Source: Candidatus Zixiibacteriota bacterium (lineage in GTDB: Bacteria > Zixibacteria > MSB-5A5 > WJJR01). Taken from it: 14,453 bases of DNA. The notes under the pieces are model-generated. The model was not told the DNA's origin. It searched no databases and saw only the letters and a list, made by a program, of their open reading frames with translations. Shown here in pieces: positions 1 through 9,977 of the stretch. Numbering within the stretch: position 1 is the first letter of the stretch; each line of letters starts with the position of its first letter. A program made the translations under genes and the position numbers. The DNA is taken from contig JAVHPP010000066.1 of the NCBI GenBank assembly GCA_036170655.1, positions 1-14,453 on the forward strand. Reading direction: 5' to 3'.

Positions 1-1485
<1,485 letters not shown>

Positions 1486-3663
1486 TCAAATGATAAGATC
1501 CTGCACATTCCTTTGCAGCGGGACATCCGCACAGAGGCCGAGATCTTTCCTGTAGAGCGTTTCATCTGTGAGTACTGGGAACATCCCGGCCTTCAGTTTG
1601 ATACTCCCGATAGAGAGAAGTGTGTTCCACTCTCCGGGATGTATGGAGACAGTGTACTTCTGAAGCAATCGCGAAAGGGACGTGGGCTTTTCACAATAGT
1701 CCAGTGTCTTTATGAGCCTTCTCGCATCATCGTCGAAGGGTATGACAACCGGCTTCATCTCGTCCTTGATGAACCGGAACTTCTCAGCCACGGTCTTGAA
1801 GGGGAAATCACCATTCTGACAACCCGCGTGGAGCATAGCGAGTATGCCCTCGTCGTCGAGAGCATCGCCCTTTGTCCAGTAGTAGAGTTTGAAGTAATCC
1901 TCGATCGCCGCGAGCGAGAGAATGTCCTGCGGATGCATTCGTATCACCGACTCAGCAGCCTGAGCGGTCTGCCTGAAGTGACCAGCGGGGATCGCTGCTT
2001 CTGGTGCGAACACGAAAACTTGTCCCATTTTCAGCCGACCTTCTCTATTACACCTTCCGGCTGCCTGAGCGATAGAATCGATTCCTCCGACTGACCGGAA
2101 GACGACCGGGAAATCGATGTCTACGCCGGCTTCGACCAACTGCGTACTTATCACCCTGCAAGCCCGCCCGGCTTGAAGTCTGTTGCGAATCTCCGCGAGC
2201 GTCAAGCTTCGATGGACGGGACACATGAGGGCACTCAAATGAAAAGCGTCCTCGCTGTCGCCCAGGGACTGGAAAAGGGCCCTCGCGTGTTTCCTGGTGT
2301 TGACAATGCACAGAACTTGCGAGTAGCTATTTAGACGGTTCGCGAGTTCCGTGTCGTGCACCTGCGGCAGAACTGTGACTTCGGTCCTCTTCAGCGCCGT
2401 CGCAAGTGCATCGGGGTTATCGATGATCTCTGTCACCCCCTCCAAGCCATGCGGGAAATCATCGCGTATCTGCACGGCAGGTTGCGTCGCGCTGCAGAGG
2501 ACTATTGACGCTCGATACATGCCTGCGAGTTCTCTCAACGCCTCCAGGCAGGGCAGAAGGAAAGGGGCGGGAAGAGTCTGGACTTCATCCAGTATGATGA
2601 CACTCCCGGTGACGTTGTGGAGCTTGCGGCACTGACTAGACCTGCTGGCGAAGAGCGACTCGAAGAATTGCACGTTCGTCGTAACGATTATAGGGGCATC
2701 CCAGTTCTCAGCCGCTAATCTGGAACGGTGGTCTTCGTTGTCAGGCTCGAAGTTGCAATGGTGTTCAAGCACGGCATCATCGCCGAGCATTGCACGAAAG
2801 ACAGTTGCGTTCTGTTCGATGATGCTTGTGTACGGGATAACATAGATGACCCTCTTGAGGCCATGCTTCCTCGCATGACTTAGCGCAAACGCCATCGAGG
2901 ACAGAGTCTTGCCGCCGCCAGTTGGCACGGTGAGAGAGAATAGCCCCATGTCTCCTTGGCTTGCCCTCAAGCACTGATTGAGGATGAGTTCCCGCTCACG
3001 GTTGACCGGCGAAGTTGGGGCAGTCTTCCTCATCTCGCCAAGTTTCTCAAAGAAGACTACCTCAAGCTCAGTGAGCGTCCTGTATCCTTGTCGCCGCTGC
3101 CCCCTCTGCGAATCCATGAATACTTCGGTATCCAGGAAGTCTGCGTCCACCAAACAAGAATAGAGCATGCGAATAAACAGGCTGAATTGCATTCCAGCTC
3201 GATCCTGTGCTGGCACAAGCGGTAAGGTCGGCGACGGTTGATCCAATATGTGCCCGGGACAATTGCTGTAATCAGGAATTATCTTTTCCAGGCGACTTCG
3301 TAGGCAGGAATCGGCTGAACTGCCATCGGGGAGACCACCGTGGTGCCCGGCGATAACGTAAGCGAGGACCTTGCCCGCATCGCTAAGGGTCTTGGCTGCG
3401 TACTGTGCTCCGGCAGTCGAGTGGTCTACCCTCCCGACGTATTCGATGTGAGCGTCTTCGCCACCTGCCGCACATATCTTTTGTTGAAATTTGGGAGAGT
3501 ACTTTCCAATATCGTGCCACAGCCCTGCGAGGGCTGCCCAGTCCTGCCCGTCGAATGTGCTCGCGAACTGTCGTGCCAGTTCCGACACCGACCTGAGATG
3601 TTTCTCCAAGTCATGCCACTGGTCGCGCGGGCGTTCCGGATGTGAGTGTGCGTAGTACGGCAC
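1486..3663 (-). CDS. cas3: Cas3 with fused HD nuclease and SF2 helicase, about 725 aa
   Basis: N-terminal YYAHS, LEKHL, WHDIGK, DHSTAG, IAGHHGGLPD, LVDADFLDT (HD domain). Helicase motifs VPTGGGKT, ILDEVQ, SATQP, QAAGRCNREG. Likely start is GTG at 3663 (VPYYAHS) preceded by GGGGA, not the 3726 start in the ORF track. Confidence 0.97.
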   Translation of the reverse strand: MPYYAHSHPERPRDQWHDLEKHLRSVSELARQFASTFDGQDWAALAGLWHDIGKYSPKFQQKICAAGGEDAHIEYVGRVDHSTAGAQYAAKTLSDAGKVLAYVIAGHHGGLPDGSSADSCLRSRLEKIIPDYSNCPGHILDQPSPTLPLVPAQDRAGMQFSLFIRMLYSCLVDADFLDTEVFMDSQRGQRRQGYRTLTELEVVFFEKLGEMRKTAPTSPVNRERELILNQCLRASQGDMGLFSLTVPTGGGKTLSSMAFALSHARKHGLKRVIYVIPYTSIIEQNATVFRAMLGDDAVLEHHCNFEPDNEDHRSRLAAENWDAPIIVTTNVQFFESLFASRSSQCRKLHNVTGSVIILDEVQTLPAPFLLPCLEALRELAGMYRASIVLCSATQPAVQIRDDFPHGLEGVTEIIDNPDALATALKRTEVTVLPQVHDTELANRLNSYSQVLCIVNTRKHARALFQSLGDSEDAFHLSALMCPVHRSLTLAEIRNRLQAGRACRVISTQLVEAGVDIDFPVVFRSVGGIDSIAQAAGRCNREGRLKMGQVFVFAPEAAIPAGHFRQTAQAAESVIRMHPQDILSLAAIEDYFKLYYWTKGDALDDEGILAMLHAGCQNGDFPFKTVAEKFRFIKDEMKPVVIPFDDDARRLIKTLDYCEKPTSLSRLLQKYTVSIHPGEWNTLLSIGSIKLKAGMFPVLTDETLYRKDLGLCADVPLQRNVQDLII

Positions 3664-3739
3664 AGGTATATCCCCGCGGAATCGTCCAGATGAAGCCCCT
3701 ATGAGGGCACGACGACGCCGAAACACAATTCGACAATGC

Positions 3740-3798
3740 CAATTAGCCGGTGAATCTGGTCAGAGTCAAGGCGGCGCGATCACTTTGCTATCACTTTG
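3740..3798 (-). promoter_or_regulatory. Candidate cas operon promoter with upstream tandem direct repeat
   Basis: Minus strand: CAAAGTGAT-AG-CAAAGTGAT (3798-3779), then TTGACT (3769-3764), an 18 bp spacer and a weak -10 TAATTG (3745-3740), about 75 bp upstream of the cas3 start. Confidence 0.45.
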
Positions 3799-3880
3799 TT
3801 CTGCCCTCGCCAGAGCCTTTTGTGGGCGAACTGGCATGTGCCTGATCGTGCAACATCGCGCACTGACTATAGACCGGCAA

Positions 3881-3917
3881 CCTGCAAGCGCGGTCAACGA
3901 TCTTGTCCGGTTGCAGG
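3881..3917. terminator. Imperfect inverted repeat downstream of the dockerin-like ORF; possible terminator or stability hairpin
   Basis: CCTGCAA...TTGCAGG outer arms with partially paired interior centred on GATC. It begins 15 bp after the stop at 3933. No clear U-tract. Confidence 0.3.
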
Positions 3918-3932
3918 CAGCGGGATACACTC

Positions 3933-4079
3933 CTACAGCGCGCAGGGGTCGCAGGGCTTGGGGCCGCCGCGGAACACGTAGGCGATCAGATAAACTACGT
4001 CGAGGACATTGATCGTGCGATCGCAGTTGGAATCGGTACGCGACAGATGCGGACAATTCGAGTCCTTTGGGGCCCTCAT
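3933..4079 (-). pseudogene. 48-aa ORF encoding a dockerin/EF-hand-like C-terminal repeat; probable remnant of a secreted-protein gene
   Basis: Hand translation: MRAPKDSNCPHLSRTDSNCDRTINVLDVVYLIAYVFRGGPKPCDPCAL*. DxNxDxxINVLDVVYL is a dockerin type I calcium-binding loop plus helix. An in-frame stop lies upstream at 4130-4128, and there is no signal peptide. Confidence 0.75.
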
Positions 4080-4144
4080 CCCGCTGTGGGGAACTTCATT
4101 ATCGCCTTGACGGAATGAGCAGCCCGCTCACGCATCGCGGTTCC

Positions 4145-4174
4145 GTCGGGGCCGGTTTCAACCCGAGCCTCTAC
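4145..4174. repeat. Degenerate GTAG-type REP-like palindrome
   Basis: Minus strand GTAGAGGCTCGGGTTGAAACCGGCCCCGAC, about 35 bp after the nadA stop. It shares its end motif with 11936-11963 and the TGAAACC core with the hairpin after nuoN. Confidence 0.6.
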
Positions 4175-4208
4175 AATACCCCGAACTATGCTGCACTTCC
4201 GTGGTACT

Positions 4209-5300
4209 TCAGCTCAGTTCCAGCATCCGCTCCAGCGCGATCCTGGCATCGCGGGCGATGGCTGGGTCCACGTGGATTTCGTTCTTGTGGCCGAGGTTTT
4301 CGAGGCAGTCGGCCAGATCGCCGAGAGTCGTGCGGAACATGTTGACACACAGCGGGCAGTTCTGCCCGGAAAGCTCAATAACGGTCTTATCGGGGTGCTC
4401 GTCGGCCAGCCGGGACGTGAGGTTGATTTCCGTGCCGATGGCGATGATCGAGCCCGGTGGCTGTTCGGCCACATACCGCGCAATGAACGCGGTCGAGCCG
4501 ACGGCGTCTGCGGCGTTCACCGTGGCTTCCATGCATTCGGGATGCACGACAATTTTGATTCCGGGGTAGTCCTTGCGCGCCTGCTGGATGTGCGCGACCG
4601 TGAAATTGGTGTGGACGTGGCAGAACCCCTTCCAGAGGATGACCCTGGCTTTTCGGAACGGTTCCGGGTCCGCCGGGGGCTTCATGGGATCGAAGAGTAC
4701 ACGCTCGTCACGGGGGATGCGGAGGCGGTTAGCCGTGTTGGTTCCCAAGTGCTCGTCGGGGAAAAAGAAGACCTTCTCTCCACGCGCGAACGCCCAGCGG
4801 AAGGCTTTCTCGGCATTCGATGACGTGCAGATCACCCCGCCACGGGCGCCGCAGAACGCCTTCAGCGATGCCGCCGAATTCATGTAGGAAATGGGAATGA
4901 TCTTCGCTGTGTCGAGATGCTGCCCCAGCCACTCCCAGGCGTCCGCCACCTGATCGTCGTCGGCCATGTCGGCCATCGGGCAGCCCGCGCGCAGGTTGGG
5001 CAGATACACGCGCTGCCCGGGACGGCAGAGGATGCGCGCCGATTCGGCCATGAAGTGCACGCCGCAAAAGACGATGTGCTCCGCCTTCTCCTGCTGCGCC
5101 GCCATTTTCGACAGGTAGTACGAGTCGCCGACGAAATTGCCGAAGGGCACGACTTCCTTGCGCTGATAATGATGTGCCAGGATGACGAGCTTGTCACCCC
5201 ACTGGCCGATCAATCCTCGGATGCGCGTTTTCAGCGTCTGATCGGCCGCGGATTCAGGACGGTCACAGGTGGTCTTTGGCTCGATGGTCAGGGTACTCAT
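4209..5300 (-). CDS. nadA: Quinolinate synthase NadA ([4Fe-4S] enzyme of de novo NAD synthesis), 363 aa
   Basis: Motifs ILAHHYQ, GDS, FCGVHFMAES, AGCPMADM, YMNS, CTSSNA, FFPDEHLG, GFCHVH, VHPEC, GST, GTE, CVNM. The three cluster-ligand Cys are present. GGAG RBS upstream. Confidence 0.97.
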   Translation of the reverse strand: MSTLTIEPKTTCDRPESAADQTLKTRIRGLIGQWGDKLVILAHHYQRKEVVPFGNFVGDSYYLSKMAAQQEKAEHIVFCGVHFMAESARILCRPGQRVYLPNLRAGCPMADMADDDQVADAWEWLGQHLDTAKIIPISYMNSAASLKAFCGARGGVICTSSNAEKAFRWAFARGEKVFFFPDEHLGTNTANRLRIPRDERVLFDPMKPPADPEPFRKARVILWKGFCHVHTNFTVAHIQQARKDYPGIKIVVHPECMEATVNAADAVGSTAFIARYVAEQPPGSIIAIGTEINLTSRLADEHPDKTVIELSGQNCPLCVNMFRTTLGDLADCLENLGHKNEIHVDPAIARDARIALERMLELS

Positions 5301-5440
5301 GTGTAACTCCAGCCAGTCCGGATTCTGTCTCCATTCTCTTATACGTAACCGTAGGACCTATGCGACACGTTCCCAGGCTGGATTCGTGGCATTTTTGATC
5401 GCGTTTCTCTGTCCGTGTACGATTCGCCCCTGCGGGCCGA

Positions 5441-5836
5441 TCACTTCGTATCTCTTGTCTTCCAATCGCCGATGGCGGCCTTGGTCGCCTCTTGGGCGAG
5501 GACCGAGCAGTGAAGTTTGTGTTCCGGCAGGCCGCCCAGTGCCTCGGCGACATCGGTGTTCTTAATCAGCGCGGCATCGTCCAATGTCCGGCCGATCAGC
5601 ATCTCGGTGAGCTTCGAGGACGAGGCGATCGCGGCGCCACAGCCATAGGTCTTGAACTTCGCATCGACAATGCGCTGGCCGTCGATGCGCAGATACAGCT
5701 TCAGCAGGTCGCCGCAGTCGGAGTTGCGGACCAGGCCAATGCACGACGGGTTCTCCATGTCGCCCACGTTGCGTGGGTTCTGGAAATGATCCATCACGGT
5801 GGCGTTGTAACCGAAGTTTTCGTCGTCGAGGGGCAT
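5441..5836 (-). CDS. iscU: IscU/NifU-N-type Fe-S cluster scaffold, about 131 aa
   Basis: Motifs VMDHFQNPRNVG, DCGD, KFKTYGCGAAIASSS, LGGLPEHKLHCS. ATG at 5836 preferred over the 5872 start on family length; start uncertain. Confidence 0.93.
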   Translation of the reverse strand: MPLDDENFGYNATVMDHFQNPRNVGDMENPSCIGLVRNSDCGDLLKLYLRIDGQRIVDAKFKTYGCGAAIASSSKLTEMLIGRTLDDAALIKNTDVAEALGGLPEHKLHCSVLAQEATKAAIGDWKTRDTK

Positions 5837-5912
5837 GGGTTGTTTCTCTGGGCCAGATCGCTCCCGCGGCACTGATACGAGAGCAAATATCTGGACGGTA
5901 GCTCTTGGTTCA

Positions 5913-5945
5913 GAAAAAGAGGGCAGGTTTCAGACCTGCCCCTGC
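5913..5945 (-). terminator. REP-like hairpin with U-tract; probable intrinsic terminator of the nuo operon
   Basis: Minus strand GCAG-GGGCAGGT-CTGAA-ACCTGCCC-TCTTTTT: a perfect 8 bp stem (5921-5928 with 5934-5941) followed by a T-run, about 35 bp after the nuoN stop. Confidence 0.7.
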
Positions 5946-5980
5946 GAGTCGAATGCGTCAGTGACCATGAGGATACGCTA

Positions 5981-7450
5981 CTACGTACCCGGCATGAACA
6001 ACTGCGCCGCCGCCTTCACCCAGTCAACGAACGGGCCGGGGAAAATGCCGAGCACCAGGACACCGAGAGCGGAGATGCCCAGCGCGATGACCAATGTCCG
6101 GGGGATTGCGATTCCGCCCTCCGGCTGGTCGAGCGGGAAGTACATCTTCCGGATCACGGTTGCATAGTAGTACACGGCGACCACCGAGGTGGCGACACCG
6201 ACAATCACGAGCCAGAGATACCCTTTTTCAATCGCCGCCAGAAAGACATAATACTTCCCGAGGAAACCCGCTGTCGGGGGAATGCCCGCCAGTGACAACA
6301 GAAACAGGGAGAAGAACGCCGCCAAGACAGGAGAGCGGCGCGCCAGCGCCGAGTAGTCGGAAATCTTCTCGGACCCTGTCTGTTCAGCGAACGCGATCAC
6401 ACAGATGAAGGCGCCCATGTTGGCGAAAAGATATGCCATCATGTAGTAGGAGATTGCTGTAGTGCCCCACGTGTCTGTCGCAACCGCCCCGACCAGAATG
6501 TACCCGACCTGTGCGACCGATGAGTAGGCGAGCATCCGTTTGATGTTGGATTGAACGATCGCCGTCGTGTTGCCAATGATCATGGCCAGCGCCGCCAACA
6601 CAGCGATCGCTTGGATCCAGATCATTTGCGATGATTCCAGTCCGCCGAAGAACACGCGGAGGAAAGCCGCCAGTCCGGCGGCCTTGGATGCCACCGAGAT
6701 GAATGCCGTGACGGGCGTCGGCGCCCCTTCGTACACATCAGGCGCCCACATGTGAAACGGCGCGAGCGCGAGTTTGAATCCGAATCCGGCCACAAGCAGC
6801 AGCAACGCCAGCGTCACGCCGGCGGGGAAAGCGCCGCTTCCCACATATAGTTTCTGGATTCCCTCGGACAGACCGGCCAACTGCGTGGTGCCGGTCATGC
6901 CGTAGAGCAGGGCCACACCATAGAGGAGCACGGCGGAGGAGATGGCGCCCAGAATCACGTACTTCAATCCCGCCTCGGCGGACTGCCGGTTTGTCTTGTG
7001 GTAAGTGGCGAGAACAGCGAGCGTGACGGTCGAGAGTTCCAGCGAGATGTAAAGAGTCAGGAGCTCGGTGGCCGAAACCATGAGCATCATCCCGATCGCG
7101 GAGAACAGAATCATGCCATAATACTCGCCCCGGTGCGCCTGCAGGCGGGAGACCGTGCCGACGGACGCCGCCACGGTCAAGAATACACCGGCGAGGATGA
7201 TTTCCTTGAAGACGACGCCCAGTCGGTCGAAAATAAATGTCCCACCGAACGCCGTTCCGTCGCCGGTCGCCGCCACCCAGATCGCTGTGGCGACGGTCCC
7301 GATCAATGTCCAGATGGCAAAGGCGCCCGCCCGGCCTTCGCTTTTGCCGAAGACGGCTGCGGCCATAATCCCACAGGCCCACACAAGCAGGAAGCATTCG
7401 GGGAGGATAGCGCCCCAGTCGGCGTACAAGCTGGACGGATCAACATTCAC
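5981..7450 (-). CDS. nuoN: NADH-quinone oxidoreductase subunit N, 489 aa
   Basis: Polytopic membrane protein. Motifs ILPE, GEYY, LYISLELS, SAEAGLKYVILGA, GFKLALAPFHMWAPDVYEGAPTPV, KRMLAYSSVAQVGY, SLAGIPPTAGFLGK. GTG start. Confidence 0.96.
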   Translation of the reverse strand: MNVDPSSLYADWGAILPECFLLVWACGIMAAAVFGKSEGRAGAFAIWTLIGTVATAIWVAATGDGTAFGGTFIFDRLGVVFKEIILAGVFLTVAASVGTVSRLQAHRGEYYGMILFSAIGMMLMVSATELLTLYISLELSTVTLAVLATYHKTNRQSAEAGLKYVILGAISSAVLLYGVALLYGMTGTTQLAGLSEGIQKLYVGSGAFPAGVTLALLLLVAGFGFKLALAPFHMWAPDVYEGAPTPVTAFISVASKAAGLAAFLRVFFGGLESSQMIWIQAIAVLAALAMIIGNTTAIVQSNIKRMLAYSSVAQVGYILVGAVATDTWGTTAISYYMMAYLFANMGAFICVIAFAEQTGSEKISDYSALARRSPVLAAFFSLFLLSLAGIPPTAGFLGKYYVFLAAIEKGYLWLVIVGVATSVVAVYYYATVIRKMYFPLDQPEGGIAIPRTLVIALGISALGVLVLGIFPGPFVDWVKAAAQLFMPGT

Positions 7451-7499
7451 AGGCGGAATCTTTCTTCAATGTGTGTCTCGCGATCCTGAAACAGGCCAC

Positions 7500-8405
7500 C
7501 TACGCATCCAAGTACGCTTTCCATGAAGCGAAATATATCTCAGCGCCATCGACAAAACCGCCATGCGCAGGTTGCCAGTCCAGCAGCCGTACTGCCTTCC
7601 GTGCATCAACATGCTGATCGAGCGCCAGACACTCGGCAAAGCCCCCCATTGTCTTGGCGGCTTCGGTCACGGGTATGAACTGGATTTTGTCGGTATAGCC
7701 GGTGGCGCGAGCCACGGCTTGGACCATGGCGCCCACAGTGGACCGGGACCGGTCGGTGATATTGAATACTTCGCCGGCCATTCCGCATTCGGCGGCTCTC
7801 ACGTAAGCGGCGGCCAGATCGTCGACATGTACCATGGCCCAGTGATTTGAGCCGTCCCCGATGGCACGCAGCGATTTGTCCTTGTGGGCGGCGGCAAACC
7901 ATGTCGCCGTCAGCCCTCCCTGTTTTCCATAGACACAGCCGGGACGGATGACGAGGCCTTTGACGTGAGTGGCACGGAGCACCATCTGTTCATGGTCGGG
8001 CCGCCACTTGACCATGGTGGCTGGCGCAGGTGATGCAGTCTCATCAGCCATGTGCGTGCCGGTGTTGCCGTAAACCCAGACCCCGCTTGTGTAGATCACG
8101 GTCTTCGGCTGGGGGCCTTTCCGGCCGGTGTCGAGCAGCACCTCGATGGTTTTCCGGTCCAGCGCCGGAAGGTCACTCTGGTAGTCGGCCGCAACATGAA
8201 TCAGGACCGAGCATGACTCGGCGACGGCACGGTAGCTCTCGGGCGACTGCATGTTGCCGATGACAGGGTAGATTTCCTGCTGGGTGAGCGACCGGGCCTT
8301 GGCTTCGTTGCGCACCAGACCCCAGACATCATGTCCGGCGCGGCGCAACGCCGAGGCGACATTGAACCCGATATATCCGGTGGCTCCTGTGACGAATACC
8401 TTCAT
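7500..8405 (-). CDS. NAD(P)-dependent epimerase/dehydratase-family protein (atypical SDR), 301 aa
   Basis: Rossmann motif VFVTGATGYIG, GLVR, VIYTSGVWVYG, IRPGCVYG, VHVDDLAAAY. No YxxxK at the expected position (MVKWR). Strong RBS GGGAGG. Confidence 0.92.
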   Translation of the reverse strand: MKVFVTGATGYIGFNVASALRRAGHDVWGLVRNEAKARSLTQQEIYPVIGNMQSPESYRAVAESCSVLIHVAADYQSDLPALDRKTIEVLLDTGRKGPQPKTVIYTSGVWVYGNTGTHMADETASPAPATMVKWRPDHEQMVLRATHVKGLVIRPGCVYGKQGGLTATWFAAAHKDKSLRAIGDGSNHWAMVHVDDLAAAYVRAAECGMAGEVFNITDRSRSTVGAMVQAVARATGYTDKIQFIPVTEAAKTMGGFAECLALDQHVDARKAVRLLDWQPAHGGFVDGAEIYFASWKAYLDA

Positions 8406-8454
8406 CTGATCCTCCCGGCCCGCGAGCGAGCCGTCTTGCCACCGCTCCCGATTT

Positions 8455-9933
8455 CTATGATCCGATCAAGGCGACCAGATTGACGATCGTTGCCTGAATC
8501 ATGTTGGACAAGAGTGACGGATATACGCCGATGGCGATCATGAGAATAGCCAGCGGCGCGACGGCGAAGATTTCACGCGCGTTGATTTCGGTCAGCCCCT
8601 CGGTGTGGCCCGCGACCGGACCTAAGAACATGCGCTGGACCATGCGCAGGAAATAGGCGGCGGTCAGAAGCACACCGACGACAGACAACGCCACAGTCAC
8701 TGGGTAGTACGGAAACGCTCCCAGGAAGACCATGAACTCGCTGACAAATCCGGACAGCCCCGGAAGCCCCAGTGATCCGAGAACAAACAACACCATGATG
8801 CCGGAGTAGACGGGTACCTTGATCCACATCCCGCCGAAAGCCCCAATCTCCCGTGTATGGGCGCGGTCATAAACCACTCCGACCAGAGCGAACAGCGCCC
8901 CGGTGATCAGCCCATGGGAGACCATCTGGAACATGCATCCGGAGATGGCCGCCACAGAGCCGAATGCCGAGAGGCCCAGAAGGCAGTATCCCATGTGCGA
9001 CACCGACGAGTAGGCCACGAGTTTCTTCAGATCGGTCTGAGCCATGCAGACCAGCGCGCCGTAGATGATTCCCGCCATGCCGAGGATTGCCATGGGAAAG
9101 GCGTAGAACTTCGTGCCCACTGGAAACATGGGAAGCGAAATCCGCAACAGGCCGTATGTTCCCATCTTCAGCAGGATTCCGGCCAGCAGGACCGATACCG
9201 CCGTCGGCGCTTCGACATGCGCGTCGGGCAGCCACGTGTGGAACGGCAACGTCGGGATCTTGACGGCAAAGCCGATGAAGAAAAAGGCAAAGGCAAACAA
9301 TTGGAAGCCGCGTGTCATCTGCGGTGCACGCTGGATCTGCTCGATGATCGACAACGAATGGGGCGCGGAGTTGAAGTACAGCGCCAGAATGCCCACCAGC
9401 ATGAAGATCGAGCCAAAGAGCGTGTAGAGGAAGAACTTCATCGCCGCGTACTCTTTGCGCGGGCCGCCCCAGATGCCGATCAAGAAGTACATCGGCACGA
9501 GCATGACCTCCCAGAAGACGTAGAAGAGAAAGAGGTCGAGGGCCGCAAACACGCCCATCATCGCGGTCTCCAAGAGCAGGAAAAAGGCGAAGTACTCCTT
9601 CACGCGCTTGGTGATGTTGAACGACACCAGCACCGCCAGGAAGGAAAGGAGTGCGGTCAATGCCAGCATCGGCACCGAGATCCCGTCGGCGCCCAGATGG
9701 TAGTTGGCATTGAGGCCGGGAATCCACGAGGCCAGCTCGACGAACTGGAACTGGGCGGTCGAGGAATCATACTGAGCCACGAGGACGGCCGCGAGAACCA
9801 GCGGCATCAGCGACGCAACAAAAGCGACGCCACGGATCAGGCGATGGTTGTCCTTGGGGATCAGCAGGGCTACCACGGCGCCGATCAGGGGAAGGAAGAT
9901 CATCCACGAGAGGATTCCGGTCATATGTGTCAT
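8455..9933 (-). CDS. nuoM: NADH-quinone oxidoreductase subunit M, 492 aa
   Basis: Motifs LGADGIS, DLFLFYVFWEVMLVPMYFLIGIWG, AAMKFFLYT, FAVKIP, HTWLPDAHVEAPT, LLKMGTYG, KKLVAYSSVSHMG, MVSHG, GLPGLSGFVSEF. Confidence 0.97.
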   Translation of the reverse strand: MTHMTGILSWMIFLPLIGAVVALLIPKDNHRLIRGVAFVASLMPLVLAAVLVAQYDSSTAQFQFVELASWIPGLNANYHLGADGISVPMLALTALLSFLAVLVSFNITKRVKEYFAFFLLLETAMMGVFAALDLFLFYVFWEVMLVPMYFLIGIWGGPRKEYAAMKFFLYTLFGSIFMLVGILALYFNSAPHSLSIIEQIQRAPQMTRGFQLFAFAFFFIGFAVKIPTLPFHTWLPDAHVEAPTAVSVLLAGILLKMGTYGLLRISLPMFPVGTKFYAFPMAILGMAGIIYGALVCMAQTDLKKLVAYSSVSHMGYCLLGLSAFGSVAAISGCMFQMVSHGLITGALFALVGVVYDRAHTREIGAFGGMWIKVPVYSGIMVLFVLGSLGLPGLSGFVSEFMVFLGAFPYYPVTVALSVVGVLLTAAYFLRMVQRMFLGPVAGHTEGLTEINAREIFAVAPLAILMIAIGVYPSLLSNMIQATIVNLVALIGS

Positions 9934-9977
9934 CCCATCCTTTGGTCAGAGAGCTCCCGATGGAGTCGGCGACCAGC

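Noticed and set aside
4074..4094. CCTCATCCCGCTGTGGGGAAC, and GGTATATCCCCGCGG near 3665-3679, resemble type I-E CRISPR repeats
   Set aside because: Partial, non-identical and about 400 bp apart with no regular spacing. The subtype does not match the I-C genes, and the second is simply the cas3 RBS region.
1486..5300. Functional link between NAD synthesis (nadA) and CRISPR defence
   Set aside because: Adjacency only. The genes are separated by about 550 bp holding a REP, a gene remnant and a separate candidate promoter, and type I-C has no known NAD-dependent effector.
5341..5361. ATACGT-N9-ACCTAT near-palindrome upstream of nadA as an NrtR-like operator
   Set aside because: Core spacing is GT-N9-AC rather than the GT-N7-AC I recall for NrtR, it overlaps a decayed REP-like sequence, and no regulator is nearby.
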